Part shown: positions 21,819 to 30,498 of the stretch, piece after piece
Layout of the letters: every line of letters begins with the position of its first letter
Numbering within the stretch: the first letter of the stretch is position 1
From: Alphaproteobacteria bacterium
GTDB taxonomy: Bacteria > Pseudomonadota > Alphaproteobacteria > MPNO01 > UBA830
Reading direction: 5' to 3'
DNA: 64,000 bases
Assembly: GCA_964291215.2 (NCBI GenBank)
Contig: OZ219791.1
Coordinates: 2,528,001 to 2,592,000 of the forward strand
Translations under genes and position numbers: made by a program
Notes under the pieces: model-generated
Seen by the model: the letters and a program-made list of their open reading frames with translations, nothing else
Told to the model about the DNA's origin: nothing
Database searches by the model: none

Positions 21819-24800
21819 ATGGTGATTCGAGGAGGGGCGTCAGCCACGGCAGACCGTCCGCAATCCGACCCACTGAATGCCATCGTCGACAACTATGGCG
21901 GTCGCTTCGTCGGCGAATTCCTGCGCGAGCGGGTCGAACCCGGTTCAGACCTGTCGATCGTTTCGGCCTATTTCACGATCTACGCCTACGATGCCTTGCG
22001 CCATGCCCTGGAGAAGGCAGGAAGTACGCGTTTCCTCTACGGCGAGCCGAGCGCGGTTGGCGCGGTGGACCCCGGTGGGGACAATGCCAAATCCTTCCTC
22101 CTTAACGAAGACAGCGGCATGGAGCTAAGGCACGCCTTGGCGCAGAAACCGCTGGCGAGGGCCTGTGCCGAATGGGTCCGGAAGCAGGTCGAGATCAGGA
22201 CCATCGCCCGCGCCAACTTCCTGCATGGCAAGCTCTACCATGTCGGGCAAGAGGAAGGGGCTGCGGCCTTGGTGGGCAGTTCCAACTTCACACGGCGCGG
22301 GCTCGGCTTCGGCGCTGTGCCCAATGTCGAGCTCAATCTGGAGGTCCGCAGCGACGAGGACCGGGCGGAACTCCTCCGCTGGTTCGACGGCCTGTGGAAC
22401 GACAACAGCCTGACCCGCGACGCCAAGGCCGACGTGTTGGCTGCGCTTGAGCGACTGGGCCGGCCCTACGCTCCTGAGTTTGTCTATTACAAGACGCTCT
22501 TCCATGTCTTCGAGAGCTGGCTGGAGCGGCATGTGGAGCGGGACGGCCTGCTCCACGATGTCCACTTTCACAACACTGAAATCTGGAAGGCGCTCTACCC
22601 ATTCCAGCAGGACGGCGCGACCAGCGCGATCAACCGCCTCATGCGCTACAATGGCTGCATCGTCGCCGACAGCGTGGGCCTCGGAAAGACTTGGACGGCG
22701 CTGGCGGTCATCAAGTTCTTCGAGTTGCGTAATGAACGGGTTCTCGTCCTGTGCCCCAAGCGGCTCGAAGACAATTGGGTCCGCTACGCGGCGTGGGCGG
22801 CCTCGCGGAACAATCCCTTCGAGAAGGACCGCCTGAGATACGCGGTGCGGGCGCATACGGACCTGAGCCGCTATGAAGGCCGGGCAGGAAGCGTCGACCT
22901 CGCCCAGTTCAATTGGGGCTCGTTCGATCTGATCGTCATCGACGAGTCCCACAATTTCCGCAACGAGGGCCGGGACCGGTTCGATGAGGACGACAATCTC
23001 GTCAGGCGGAGCCGTTACAACCGCTTGCTGGAGGAGGTGTTGAAGAGCGGCGCGCGGACCAAGGTGCTGATGCTGTCGGCAACCCCGGTCAATACCAGCC
23101 TGCGGGACCTGCGCAACCAGATCTACCTGATGACCGAGAAGCGCGAGGACGCGTTCCGGGACGCGCTCGGCATCGGCAACATCCAGTCCATGTTCGGCGT
23201 GGCCCAGCGCGAGTTTCAGCAGTGGGAAGCGGCCCGGCCCGCCGGGCGACGCCCGGACAAGGCGGCCCTTCTGGAGAGGCTCGGCGTGGATTTCCTGTCG
23301 TTGCTGGACGCGGTCTCGTTAGCACGCTCGCGCGACCATATCCGCCGCTACTATCCTGAGGTGGAGACAGCCATCGGCGGTTTCCCCGACCGGGCGCAAC
23401 CGCTGAACCTGTACCCTCGGACGGACAGCAAGGGCGCGTTTTCCTATGACGACATGCACCGGCGGATCGGGGATTTCCGCCTGGCGGTCTATATGCCGTC
23501 GCAATATCTGAAGGACACATCGAGCCTCGACGAGGAGAAGGCGAAGCTGCGCTTCGACCAGCGCGACCGCGAGCGCTGGCTGATCGGCATGATGCGCGTG
23601 AACCTTCTGAAGCGCCTCGAAAGCTCGGTGCATTCCTTCACGCTCACCATGGCGCGCATCCTCGAAAAGATGGACGCCCTCGACGACCTGATCGGGAGAT
23701 GGCGGGAGCGCGGACCGGTCGAAGAGATAGACGCCCGGCCGGACGACGACGAGGAAGATGAGGAATTCGCCATCGGCAGGGGCCGTCGTTACCGGCTGGA
23801 CGAACTAGATGTCGACCGCTGGCAAGAGGACCTGCGCGAGGACCGGCGGGTCTTCCGGGACCTCTATGAGCGGGCGCAGCGTGTAACCGCCGAACGCGAC
23901 GATAAATTGGCTACCCTGAAACGGGTGCTGCGGGAGAAGGTCGAGGCCGCGCCGAAGGACAAGGACGGGCGGGCGAACCGCAAGGCGCTCGTCTTCACGA
24001 CCTTCGCCGATACCGCGAGCTATCTCTATGACCACCTCAAGGGCTGGGCGCGGAACGGCCTCGGCGTCCATATGGCGTTGGTGACCGGCGGAAATGGCAA
24101 CCGCAGCAGTTCGGGCGAAACCGGCTTCATGGAAATCCTGGCCCGGTTCGCACCGAAGGCGCAGCAGGCCGAAAGCGGTGGCGGCGAGATCGACATCGTG
24201 ATCGCAACCGATTGCCTGTCGGAGGGACAGAACCTCCAGGACTGCGACCTGGTGGTGAACTACGACATCCACTGGAACCCGGTGCGGCTGATGCAGCGTT
24301 TCGGGCGGATCGACCGGCTTGGCAGCCGCAACAGGCGCGTTTCCATGACCAATTTCTGGCCGACTGAGGACCTCGAACGCTATCTGGACCTGAAGAACCG
24401 GGTCGAGGCGCGCATGGCGCTGGCGGATGCGGCGGCAACGGGCCTCGACGACCCGCTCAACCGGGACGACCGGACGGAGGACGAGCACAAGGAGGCGGTC
24501 CAGTTGGAACTCGCCTTCCGCGGCCGGCAGCTGACGCGCATGCGAGAGGAGATTCTCGATGTCGAGGAAGCCGAGGACGGCATTACCCTGAACGACCTCA
24601 CGCTGGACGATTTCATCGCCGACCTCTTGAACTTCATCCAGCAGAACCGGGCCGCCATCGAGGCCGCGCCGCTCGGCATCCACGCAGTCGTGGACAATGG
24701 CGCTCCGGCGGGACAGAACCTTCCGGCCGACCGGATACAGCCCGGCGCGATCTTCTGCCTGCGACGCAACGGAGATGCGGCGGCGCGCACCCCGAACCGC

Positions 24801-25169
24801 CTCTGGCCTTACTTTCTCGTCTATGTCCGGGACGATGGAAGCGTGCATTACACCTTCGGGCAGGCCCAACGGTGCCTCGCTCTATTCCGGGCGCTCGCTG
24901 CCGGCCGATCCGATACCTTGCAGGCGCTGGAGGATGCGTTCGACCGGGAAACGCAGCAGGGCCGGTGCATGAAGAAATACGATGCCCTGCTCGCTGCGGC
25001 GCTGCGCAGTATCGCCGGCACTTTCAGGGATGCGGAACTCGCCGGGCTGGGCCGCGACCGCGGCGCCGTGTTGACGGAGAAGCCGCAAACGCCGGACCCT
25101 GCAAGGGACTTCACCCTGGTGACATGGCTGGTCATCGCGAAGAAAGAGGCGGACAGACGCAATGGCTGA
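21819..25169 (+). CDS. Phospholipase-D-type nuclease fused to an SNF2-family helicase (defence-associated)
   Basis: PLD HxK motif LHGKLY...GSSNFT; Walker A ADSVGLGKT; DESH; LSATP; SEGQNLQD; QRFGRIDR; intact 1116 aa. Confidence 0.9.
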   Translation: MVIRGGASATADRPQSDPLNAIVDNYGGRFVGEFLRERVEPGSDLSIVSAYFTIYAYDALRHALEKAGSTRFLYGEPSAVGAVDPGGDNAKSFLLNEDSGMELRHALAQKPLARACAEWVRKQVEIRTIARANFLHGKLYHVGQEEGAAALVGSSNFTRRGLGFGAVPNVELNLEVRSDEDRAELLRWFDGLWNDNSLTRDAKADVLAALERLGRPYAPEFVYYKTLFHVFESWLERHVERDGLLHDVHFHNTEIWKALYPFQQDGATSAINRLMRYNGCIVADSVGLGKTWTALAVIKFFELRNERVLVLCPKRLEDNWVRYAAWAASRNNPFEKDRLRYAVRAHTDLSRYEGRAGSVDLAQFNWGSFDLIVIDESHNFRNEGRDRFDEDDNLVRRSRYNRLLEEVLKSGARTKVLMLSATPVNTSLRDLRNQIYLMTEKREDAFRDALGIGNIQSMFGVAQREFQQWEAARPAGRRPDKAALLERLGVDFLSLLDAVSLARSRDHIRRYYPEVETAIGGFPDRAQPLNLYPRTDSKGAFSYDDMHRRIGDFRLAVYMPSQYLKDTSSLDEEKAKLRFDQRDRERWLIGMMRVNLLKRLESSVHSFTLTMARILEKMDALDDLIGRWRERGPVEEIDARPDDDEEDEEFAIGRGRRYRLDELDVDRWQEDLREDRRVFRDLYERAQRVTAERDDKLATLKRVLREKVEAAPKDKDGRANRKALVFTTFADTASYLYDHLKGWARNGLGVHMALVTGGNGNRSSSGETGFMEILARFAPKAQQAESGGGEIDIVIATDCLSEGQNLQDCDLVVNYDIHWNPVRLMQRFGRIDRLGSRNRRVSMTNFWPTEDLERYLDLKNRVEARMALADAAATGLDDPLNRDDRTEDEHKEAVQLELAFRGRQLTRMREEILDVEEAEDGITLNDLTLDDFIADLLNFIQQNRAAIEAAPLGIHAVVDNGAPAGQNLPADRIQPGAIFCLRRNGDAAARTPNRLWPYFLVYVRDDGSVHYTFGQAQRCLALFRALAAGRSDTLQALEDAFDRETQQGRCMKKYDALLAAALRSIAGTFRDAELAGLGRDRGAVLTEKPQTPDPARDFTLVTWLVIAKKEADRRNG

Positions 25170-28100
25170 GGATTTGTTGCGGAAGATATCCAAAGCGCTT
25201 GCTGCGCTGGCCGGCGAGTCGCCGCTGCGCGAAGGCGCAAAGGGAGTGTTGAACGCGCTCGGCTACGAAAGCGCACGGACGGCAGAGGCGGGAAGCGTCG
25301 AAGAATTTCTGGACCGCTTCAAGCCCGAAAAGCCGCTGACCGACAAGCAACGCCGCCTGTTCGACGACTGGCGCAATGTCGAAATCGTGTTCCAGGTCAC
25401 CGGCGACGAGATCGAACTCCGGCCGGACCAAACCGGTCTGTTCAACGGTCCCGGTTTCGACCGAGGACGCACCAAGTCTTTCCTGTTCCTCTCTGTGGAT
25501 ATGCAGTCGGCCGACTATCCCCGCACCCATCTGGCGCAGACAACGCGCGCCATCAATCGGCTCTTCAGGATGCCGGTCATCGTCCTGTTCCGACACGGCT
25601 CGGCCCTGACGCTGGCCGCCGTCCACCGGCGCGCCCGCAAGCGGGACGATAATCGGGACGTGCTGGAGAAGGTGACGCTGGTCAAGGATATCCGCCTTCA
25701 GGACCCACACAGGGCGCATGTCGAGATTCTGGCCGATCTGAGCCTGAAAAGCATGATCGGGGCAGGCGTCCGCAGCTTCGACGGTCTGCATGAAAAATGG
25801 GAACATACACTCGACATCGAGGCGTTGAACAAGCGCTTCTACAAGGAACTGTTCCAGTGGTTCGAGCGGGCGGTGGAGGAGTGCAGCTTCCCGGACGACG
25901 GCGCTGGGAAAGACAGCGACCAGCGCCATGTCATCCGGTTGATCACGCGGCTCCTGTTCATCTGGTTCCTGAAGGAGAAGGGGTTGGTCCCGGAGGACTT
26001 GTTCGAGGAACGATTCGCGCGCGAACGACTCAAGGATTATGAGCCCGAGAGCACCGGCTATTACCGGGCCGTGCTCCAGAACCTGTTCTTTGCGACGCTG
26101 AACACCGAGATCGACAGGCGCGCCTTCAGCACTCGGACACCGGAGTCTCGCCGCGATTTCAATAGATACCGCTACCGGGACCTGCTCACGGACCCGGAGG
26201 GTTTTGTCGAAAAGTTGAGACAGGTTCCGTTCGTAAATGGAGGACTGTTCGACTGCCTGGACGACTTCGCGGCGGCAGGCGAGAGTGGGCGGCGCATTGA
26301 TGCCTTCTCCGACTCCGACGATATCGACACCCAAGCCGGCCGGGACCTGCATGTGCCTGCGTGGTTGCTGCTCGGCGAGTCGGACGGCCTGTTCGCCCTG
26401 TTCCGCCATTACAAATTCACGATCGAGGAGAATACGCCGCTCGACACCGAGGTTGCGCTGGACCCGGAACTGCTCGGCCGCGCGTTCGAGAACCTGCTGG
26501 CCGCCTACAACCCGGAGACGCGCGAGACGGCGCGTAATGCCACCGGTTCCTATTACACGCCGCGCCAGGTGGTGGACTACATGGTCCGCGAGGCGCTCAC
26601 CGAGGCGCTGATCTCAAAATCGGAGCCGGCCGACGGCGATACCGACTTCTGGCGCGAGCGTATCGACTATCTGCTGGATCATTCGGCCGCGATGGACGAT
26701 GCGCAGAAACTCTTCTCTGATCCCGAGAAGAGGGCGCTTGTCGACGCCATTGCGGGACTCACGACGCTCGATCCCGCAGTCGGATCCGGCGCCTTCCCGA
26801 TGGGTATCTTGCAAACGCTTACCCTGGCGCTGCGCCGCCTCGACCCGGGGAACGCCCTTTGGGAGACGTTTCAGAGAGAGCGGGCGGCGGCGCGAGCCGA
26901 ACAAGCGTTCGACACCGAGGATCGGCGGCAGCGCGACAACGAACTGACCGAGATCAGCCCTACGTTCGACCGGTATCGGCAGACCGATTTCGGACGCAAG
27001 CTGTACCTGATCCAGAACGGCATATACGGCGTCGATATCCAACCCATCGCCTGCCAGATCGCCAAGCTGCGTTTCTTCCTCTCGCTCGCCATAGAGCAGA
27101 ACCGGAATCCGGCCGAACCAAATCTGGGCATCAAGCCGCTGCCCAATCTGGAAACCCGGTTCGTCGCGGCGGATACGTTGCGCCGGCTCGACCGGCCGGC
27201 GCAGGGGGAGCTCGGTCGCACCGAAAATGTAAGAAGGCTGGAGGCTGAACTGAAGGCCAATCGCGAGCGGTACTTCCATGTGGGCGACCGGCAGGCGAAG
27301 CGGAATTTACGGAAGCGGGACGCCAAACTGCGCCGACAACTGGCCTCGGACCTCCGGCAGGCCGGTTTCCAAGAGAGCGCCGCTGAAAACATAGCCCGGT
27401 GGGACCCTTACGACCAGAACGAGTACGCCGACTGGTTTGACCCGGAGTACATATTCGGCATTTCCAGCGGCTTTGACGTCGTAATCGGCAACCCGCCCTA
27501 CATCCAGTTGCAGAAGAATGGCGGGTTGTTGGGCAAGCGGTACGGGAACGCCGACTATGAAACCTTTGCGCGTACAGGGGATATCTACCAACTTTTCATC
27601 GAGTGCGGTTGCAGGCTTCTCAGTCCCGGTGCGGGCGCGCTGGCTTACATCACGTCCAACAGTTGGCTGAAGGCGGAATACGGACGGCGCCTTCGACAGT
27701 ACCTTGCCAACCGGCACACCCCGCTCATGCTGATCGAGATGGGAAAGGATGTGTTCGACAATGCGATCGTCGATACGGCGGTTCTGATCGTCCGAAACGG
27801 CAAGGCCCGGTCTGTGACCTGTCGGGCGGTGGACATCGACCGGACATCGCACCGTCGATTCCCTCCCCCGCAAGGAGACTGGGGGACGTTGCAGCCGGAA
27901 GGCGAGCGGCCATGGATGGCGCTTTCATCCGTCGAACGCACCGTGATGGAGAAGATGGAAGCGGTCGGGACACCCCTGAAGGATTGGGATATCTCCATTT
28001 ACTATGGAATCAAAACCGGCTTCAACGACGCCTTCATCGTGGACCAGACCACACGGGACGCCCTCGTCGCGGCAGACCCCAGATCGGCGGAGCTTCTGAA

Positions 28101-28782
28101 GCCCATCCTCAGGGGCCGCGATATAGCGCGTTACCGTGCAAATTGGGCCGGGCTTTACCTGATATCAACATTTCCGTCTCTCAATCTAGACATCGATGCA
28201 TATCCAGCCATCAAGCGACATCTTTTGTCTTTTGGAAAAGAACGTCTTGTCCAGGATGGACGCCGTCTGCCGGGAGGAGGTCAATCTAGGAAGAAGACTT
28301 CCAACGCCTGGTACGAGATTCAGGATACTTGCGCTTACCATGAGGAATTTGGAAAAGCGAAACTGTTTTGGATGCACATGACCCCCTATGGGAGGTTCGT
28401 ACTGGCCGATCCAGATGTCGTATGCAATCAAAAGTGCTTCATGGTAACGAGTATGAACCTAGAATACCTATGTGCTGTCCTCAATAGCAAGCTGATTACC
28501 TGGCTTGTAAGACGCACTGCCGTAACAACTGGAATGGGACTTCCCCAGTGGGACAAATTCACCGTTGAACGCGTCCCAGTTGTGCAACCAGATCACCTTG
28601 TCATGGCTGAGATGAAGGTCATCGTGAAATCAATTCTTGCTGCCATAGAGAGCGACGATGTTCACGAAATATCCAAACTCCAGCAGAAACTCAACGATCA
28701 AGTCTTTGAACTTTATCAGCTCACGGAATTTGAGCGTGCGGCTATTTCGCGAGCCATTAATGACTTGTCGCCGACTCTATAA
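25162..28782 (+). CDS. Eco57I/Type IIG-like N6-adenine DNA methyltransferase with C-terminal TaqI-like target recognition domain
   Basis: PFVNGGLF, GSYYTPR, DPAVGSGAF (motif I), GVDI, VIGNPPY (motif IV), YYGIKTG, LRGRDI, LCAVLNS; overlaps the upstream gene by 8 bp. Confidence 0.92.
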   Translation: MAEDLLRKISKALAALAGESPLREGAKGVLNALGYESARTAEAGSVEEFLDRFKPEKPLTDKQRRLFDDWRNVEIVFQVTGDEIELRPDQTGLFNGPGFDRGRTKSFLFLSVDMQSADYPRTHLAQTTRAINRLFRMPVIVLFRHGSALTLAAVHRRARKRDDNRDVLEKVTLVKDIRLQDPHRAHVEILADLSLKSMIGAGVRSFDGLHEKWEHTLDIEALNKRFYKELFQWFERAVEECSFPDDGAGKDSDQRHVIRLITRLLFIWFLKEKGLVPEDLFEERFARERLKDYEPESTGYYRAVLQNLFFATLNTEIDRRAFSTRTPESRRDFNRYRYRDLLTDPEGFVEKLRQVPFVNGGLFDCLDDFAAAGESGRRIDAFSDSDDIDTQAGRDLHVPAWLLLGESDGLFALFRHYKFTIEENTPLDTEVALDPELLGRAFENLLAAYNPETRETARNATGSYYTPRQVVDYMVREALTEALISKSEPADGDTDFWRERIDYLLDHSAAMDDAQKLFSDPEKRALVDAIAGLTTLDPAVGSGAFPMGILQTLTLALRRLDPGNALWETFQRERAAARAEQAFDTEDRRQRDNELTEISPTFDRYRQTDFGRKLYLIQNGIYGVDIQPIACQIAKLRFFLSLAIEQNRNPAEPNLGIKPLPNLETRFVAADTLRRLDRPAQGELGRTENVRRLEAELKANRERYFHVGDRQAKRNLRKRDAKLRRQLASDLRQAGFQESAAENIARWDPYDQNEYADWFDPEYIFGISSGFDVVIGNPPYIQLQKNGGLLGKRYGNADYETFARTGDIYQLFIECGCRLLSPGAGALAYITSNSWLKAEYGRRLRQYLANRHTPLMLIEMGKDVFDNAIVDTAVLIVRNGKARSVTCRAVDIDRTSHRRFPPPQGDWGTLQPEGERPWMALSSVERTVMEKMEAVGTPLKDWDISIYYGIKTGFNDAFIVDQTTRDALVAADPRSAELLKPILRGRDIARYRANWAGLYLISTFPSLNLDIDAYPAIKRHLLSFGKERLVQDGRRLPGGGQSRKKTSNAWYEIQDTCAYHEEFGKAKLFWMHMTPYGRFVLADPDVVCNQKCFMVTSMNLEYLCAVLNSKLITWLVRRTAVTTGMGLPQWDKFTVERVPVVQPDHLVMAEMKVIVKSILAAIESDDVHEISKLQQKLNDQVFELYQLTEFERAAISRAINDLSPTL
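27961..28151 (+). repeat. Outer inverted repeat, left arm (191 bp)
   Basis: Exact reverse complement of 29343-29533; encodes AVGTPLKDWD...RYRANWAG. Confidence 0.95.
28329..28351 (+). repeat. Inner inverted repeat, left arm (23 bp)
   Basis: TTGCGCTTACCATGAGGAATTTG, exact reverse complement of 29170-29192; encodes CAYHEEF. Confidence 0.9.
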
Positions 28783-29169
28783 CTTGTATCTCCTCTGCGG
28801 AGATTCCATAGATCTCATAGACTAACTCATCAATCTGCTTCTCGATTTTGTACGAATGGCTATCAACAGACGAAGTGGCAGAACGAGCTTCCTCGACCAA
28901 TTTACGCAGGCGTATCGCTGTAGACGGGCATGGCTTCGCTACAGGCACTGACTCCATGTATACTTTCTTCCACCGAGATACGCCCATACCCGAAGTGGGC
29001 GCAGTCTTCAGAATGTACCAGTGTGCGAGTCGTGAGTTAAGAATTGCACAGAGGTAGCTCATTTGCTTGCCGGTGATCATGAATGCCGTAGCTTCGATGA
29101 ACATTCTGCTATCGTCGTACGCGAATCTGCCTCGGTCGACCAGTTCTATCCAGATGACCTTCTCGGATG

Positions 29170-29192
29170 CAAATTCCTCATGGTAAGCGCAA
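29170..29192 (-). repeat. Inner inverted repeat, right arm (23 bp)
   Basis: CAAATTCCTCATGGTAAGCGCAA. Confidence 0.9.
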
Positions 29193-29342
29193 TTACGGAG
29201 ATTGTAAGGCGTGATGCCCTGATCTTGGCGATGCTCAAGATGCTCGATGAAACGGTCTAGATGGGCCTTGACCGCTGGATACTCATCAGCATTGATCGGG
29301 GGCACATCAGCATATCCGTTGTGCGTGTCGATCAACCAAAGG

Positions 29343-29533
29343 CCGGCCCAATTTGCACGGTAACGCGCTATATCGCGGCCCCTGAGGATGGGCTTCAGAA
29401 GCTCCGCCGATCTGGGGTCTGCCGCGACGAGGGCGTCCCGTGTGGTCTGGTCCACGATGAAGGCGTCGTTGAAGCCGGTTTTGATTCCATAGTAAATGGA
29501 GATATCCCAATCCTTCAGGGGTGTCCCGACCGC
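29343..29533 (-). repeat. Outer inverted repeat, right arm (191 bp)
   Basis: Exact reverse complement of 27961-28151. Confidence 0.95.
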
Positions 29534-29535
29534 GA

Positions 29536-30498
29536 ATGAGTTATCTAGACAATGCATGGAATACGGGGGATACGTGCTGTGGGGATGTATTGCGGAAGGC
29601 AGCCAAGTCTGAAAATACGCGGGCCGCGTATGAGAAGGGCTGGCGGCGTTTCGCGTCTTGGTGCCAAAGCGTCGATGTGGTGCCCCAAGACGCCACCGCA
29701 GATGACGTGGTCAGGTTTCTCATTGCCATGGCGAGCGGAAGCGGGGGAGGCAGCCGCAAGCCACTCGCGCTGAATACTCTGAGGCTCTACCGCAGCGGGT
29801 TGAACGATTGGTGGTGCGGGAGGGAGATGCCGTCGCCCGCGTCGGCAAATGTCGTGGACGAGGTGCTGCAAGGCCTGGCAAGACTTCGTGGCGAGAAGCC
29901 GCGTCGGGTAAAGGCGCTTCGTGAGCATCATCTGCTTGCGATGTTGGAGTCGTGCGGGAATGGTTTGCACGGACGACGGGATGCGGCAGTCCTGTCCCTG
30001 GGCTTCGCCGCGGCGCTCCGGCGGTCGGAATTATGTCAATTGCGAATGGAGGACCTTGAGCGCAAAAGCGGCGAAGGAATGATGGTTCATTTGCGGCGCT
30101 CAAAAACCGACACCCGGGGTACAGGACAAAAGGTGGCGCTACTCAAGGGGAAGACGATCAAACCTGTCGCGCATGTAGAAGGCTGGCTTCAGGCTTCAGG
30201 CATAAAGAACGGGTTTGTCTTTCAGACGTTGTTGCGCGGCGGTGTCGCGTCAAGGCGCCCGCTCGACCCCGGCGATGTTGCTCGGATCGTAAAGCGACAT
30301 ACCCGAAGGATAGGTCTCGATCCCCGGGAGTATTCCGGGCACTCGCTGCGAGCCGGGTTCGTAACAAGTGCAGCGGTCCACCACGCAAGGATCGACAAGA
30401 TCATGGAGGTGACCCGCCACAGAAGTGCAGAAACGGTACTGAAATACATGCGCGACGAGGAGGCGTTTCTCGATCATGCGGGGGCATCGTTTCTTTGA
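29536..30498 (+). CDS. Tyrosine recombinase (Cre/XerD-like), putative invertase
   Basis: SENTRAAY..W N-domain; catalytic R (ALRRSEL), K (RSKTD), HxxR (HSLRAG), H (TRHRS), Y (LKYMR); ATG 2 bp beyond the outer repeat. Confidence 0.9.
   Translation: MSYLDNAWNTGDTCCGDVLRKAAKSENTRAAYEKGWRRFASWCQSVDVVPQDATADDVVRFLIAMASGSGGGSRKPLALNTLRLYRSGLNDWWCGREMPSPASANVVDEVLQGLARLRGEKPRRVKALREHHLLAMLESCGNGLHGRRDAAVLSLGFAAALRRSELCQLRMEDLERKSGEGMMVHLRRSKTDTRGTGQKVALLKGKTIKPVAHVEGWLQASGIKNGFVFQTLLRGGVASRRPLDPGDVARIVKRHTRRIGLDPREYSGHSLRAGFVTSAAVHHARIDKIMEVTRHRSAETVLKYMRDEEAFLDHAGASFL

Larger units (their letters stand above)
28757..29533 (-). other. Silent alternative C-terminal specificity (TRD) cassette for the methyltransferase
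   Basis: Open frame identical to the MTase for 63 codons, then divergent but homologous (CAYHEEF, YLCAILNS, GMG..W); lacks the catalytic domain; 3' end overlaps the MTase 3' end. Confidence 0.9.

Noticed and set aside
27961-29533. Duplicated MTase segment read as a DGR template/variable repeat or a plain duplication
   Set aside because: The repeats are identical (no adenine-specific changes), inverted, and adjacent to a tyrosine recombinase rather than a DGR-type RT.
29536-30498. Recombinase as a prophage, ICE or integron integrase
   Set aside because: No tRNA, att repeats, attC array or phage/conjugation genes seen; position beside the inverted repeats fits an invertase better.
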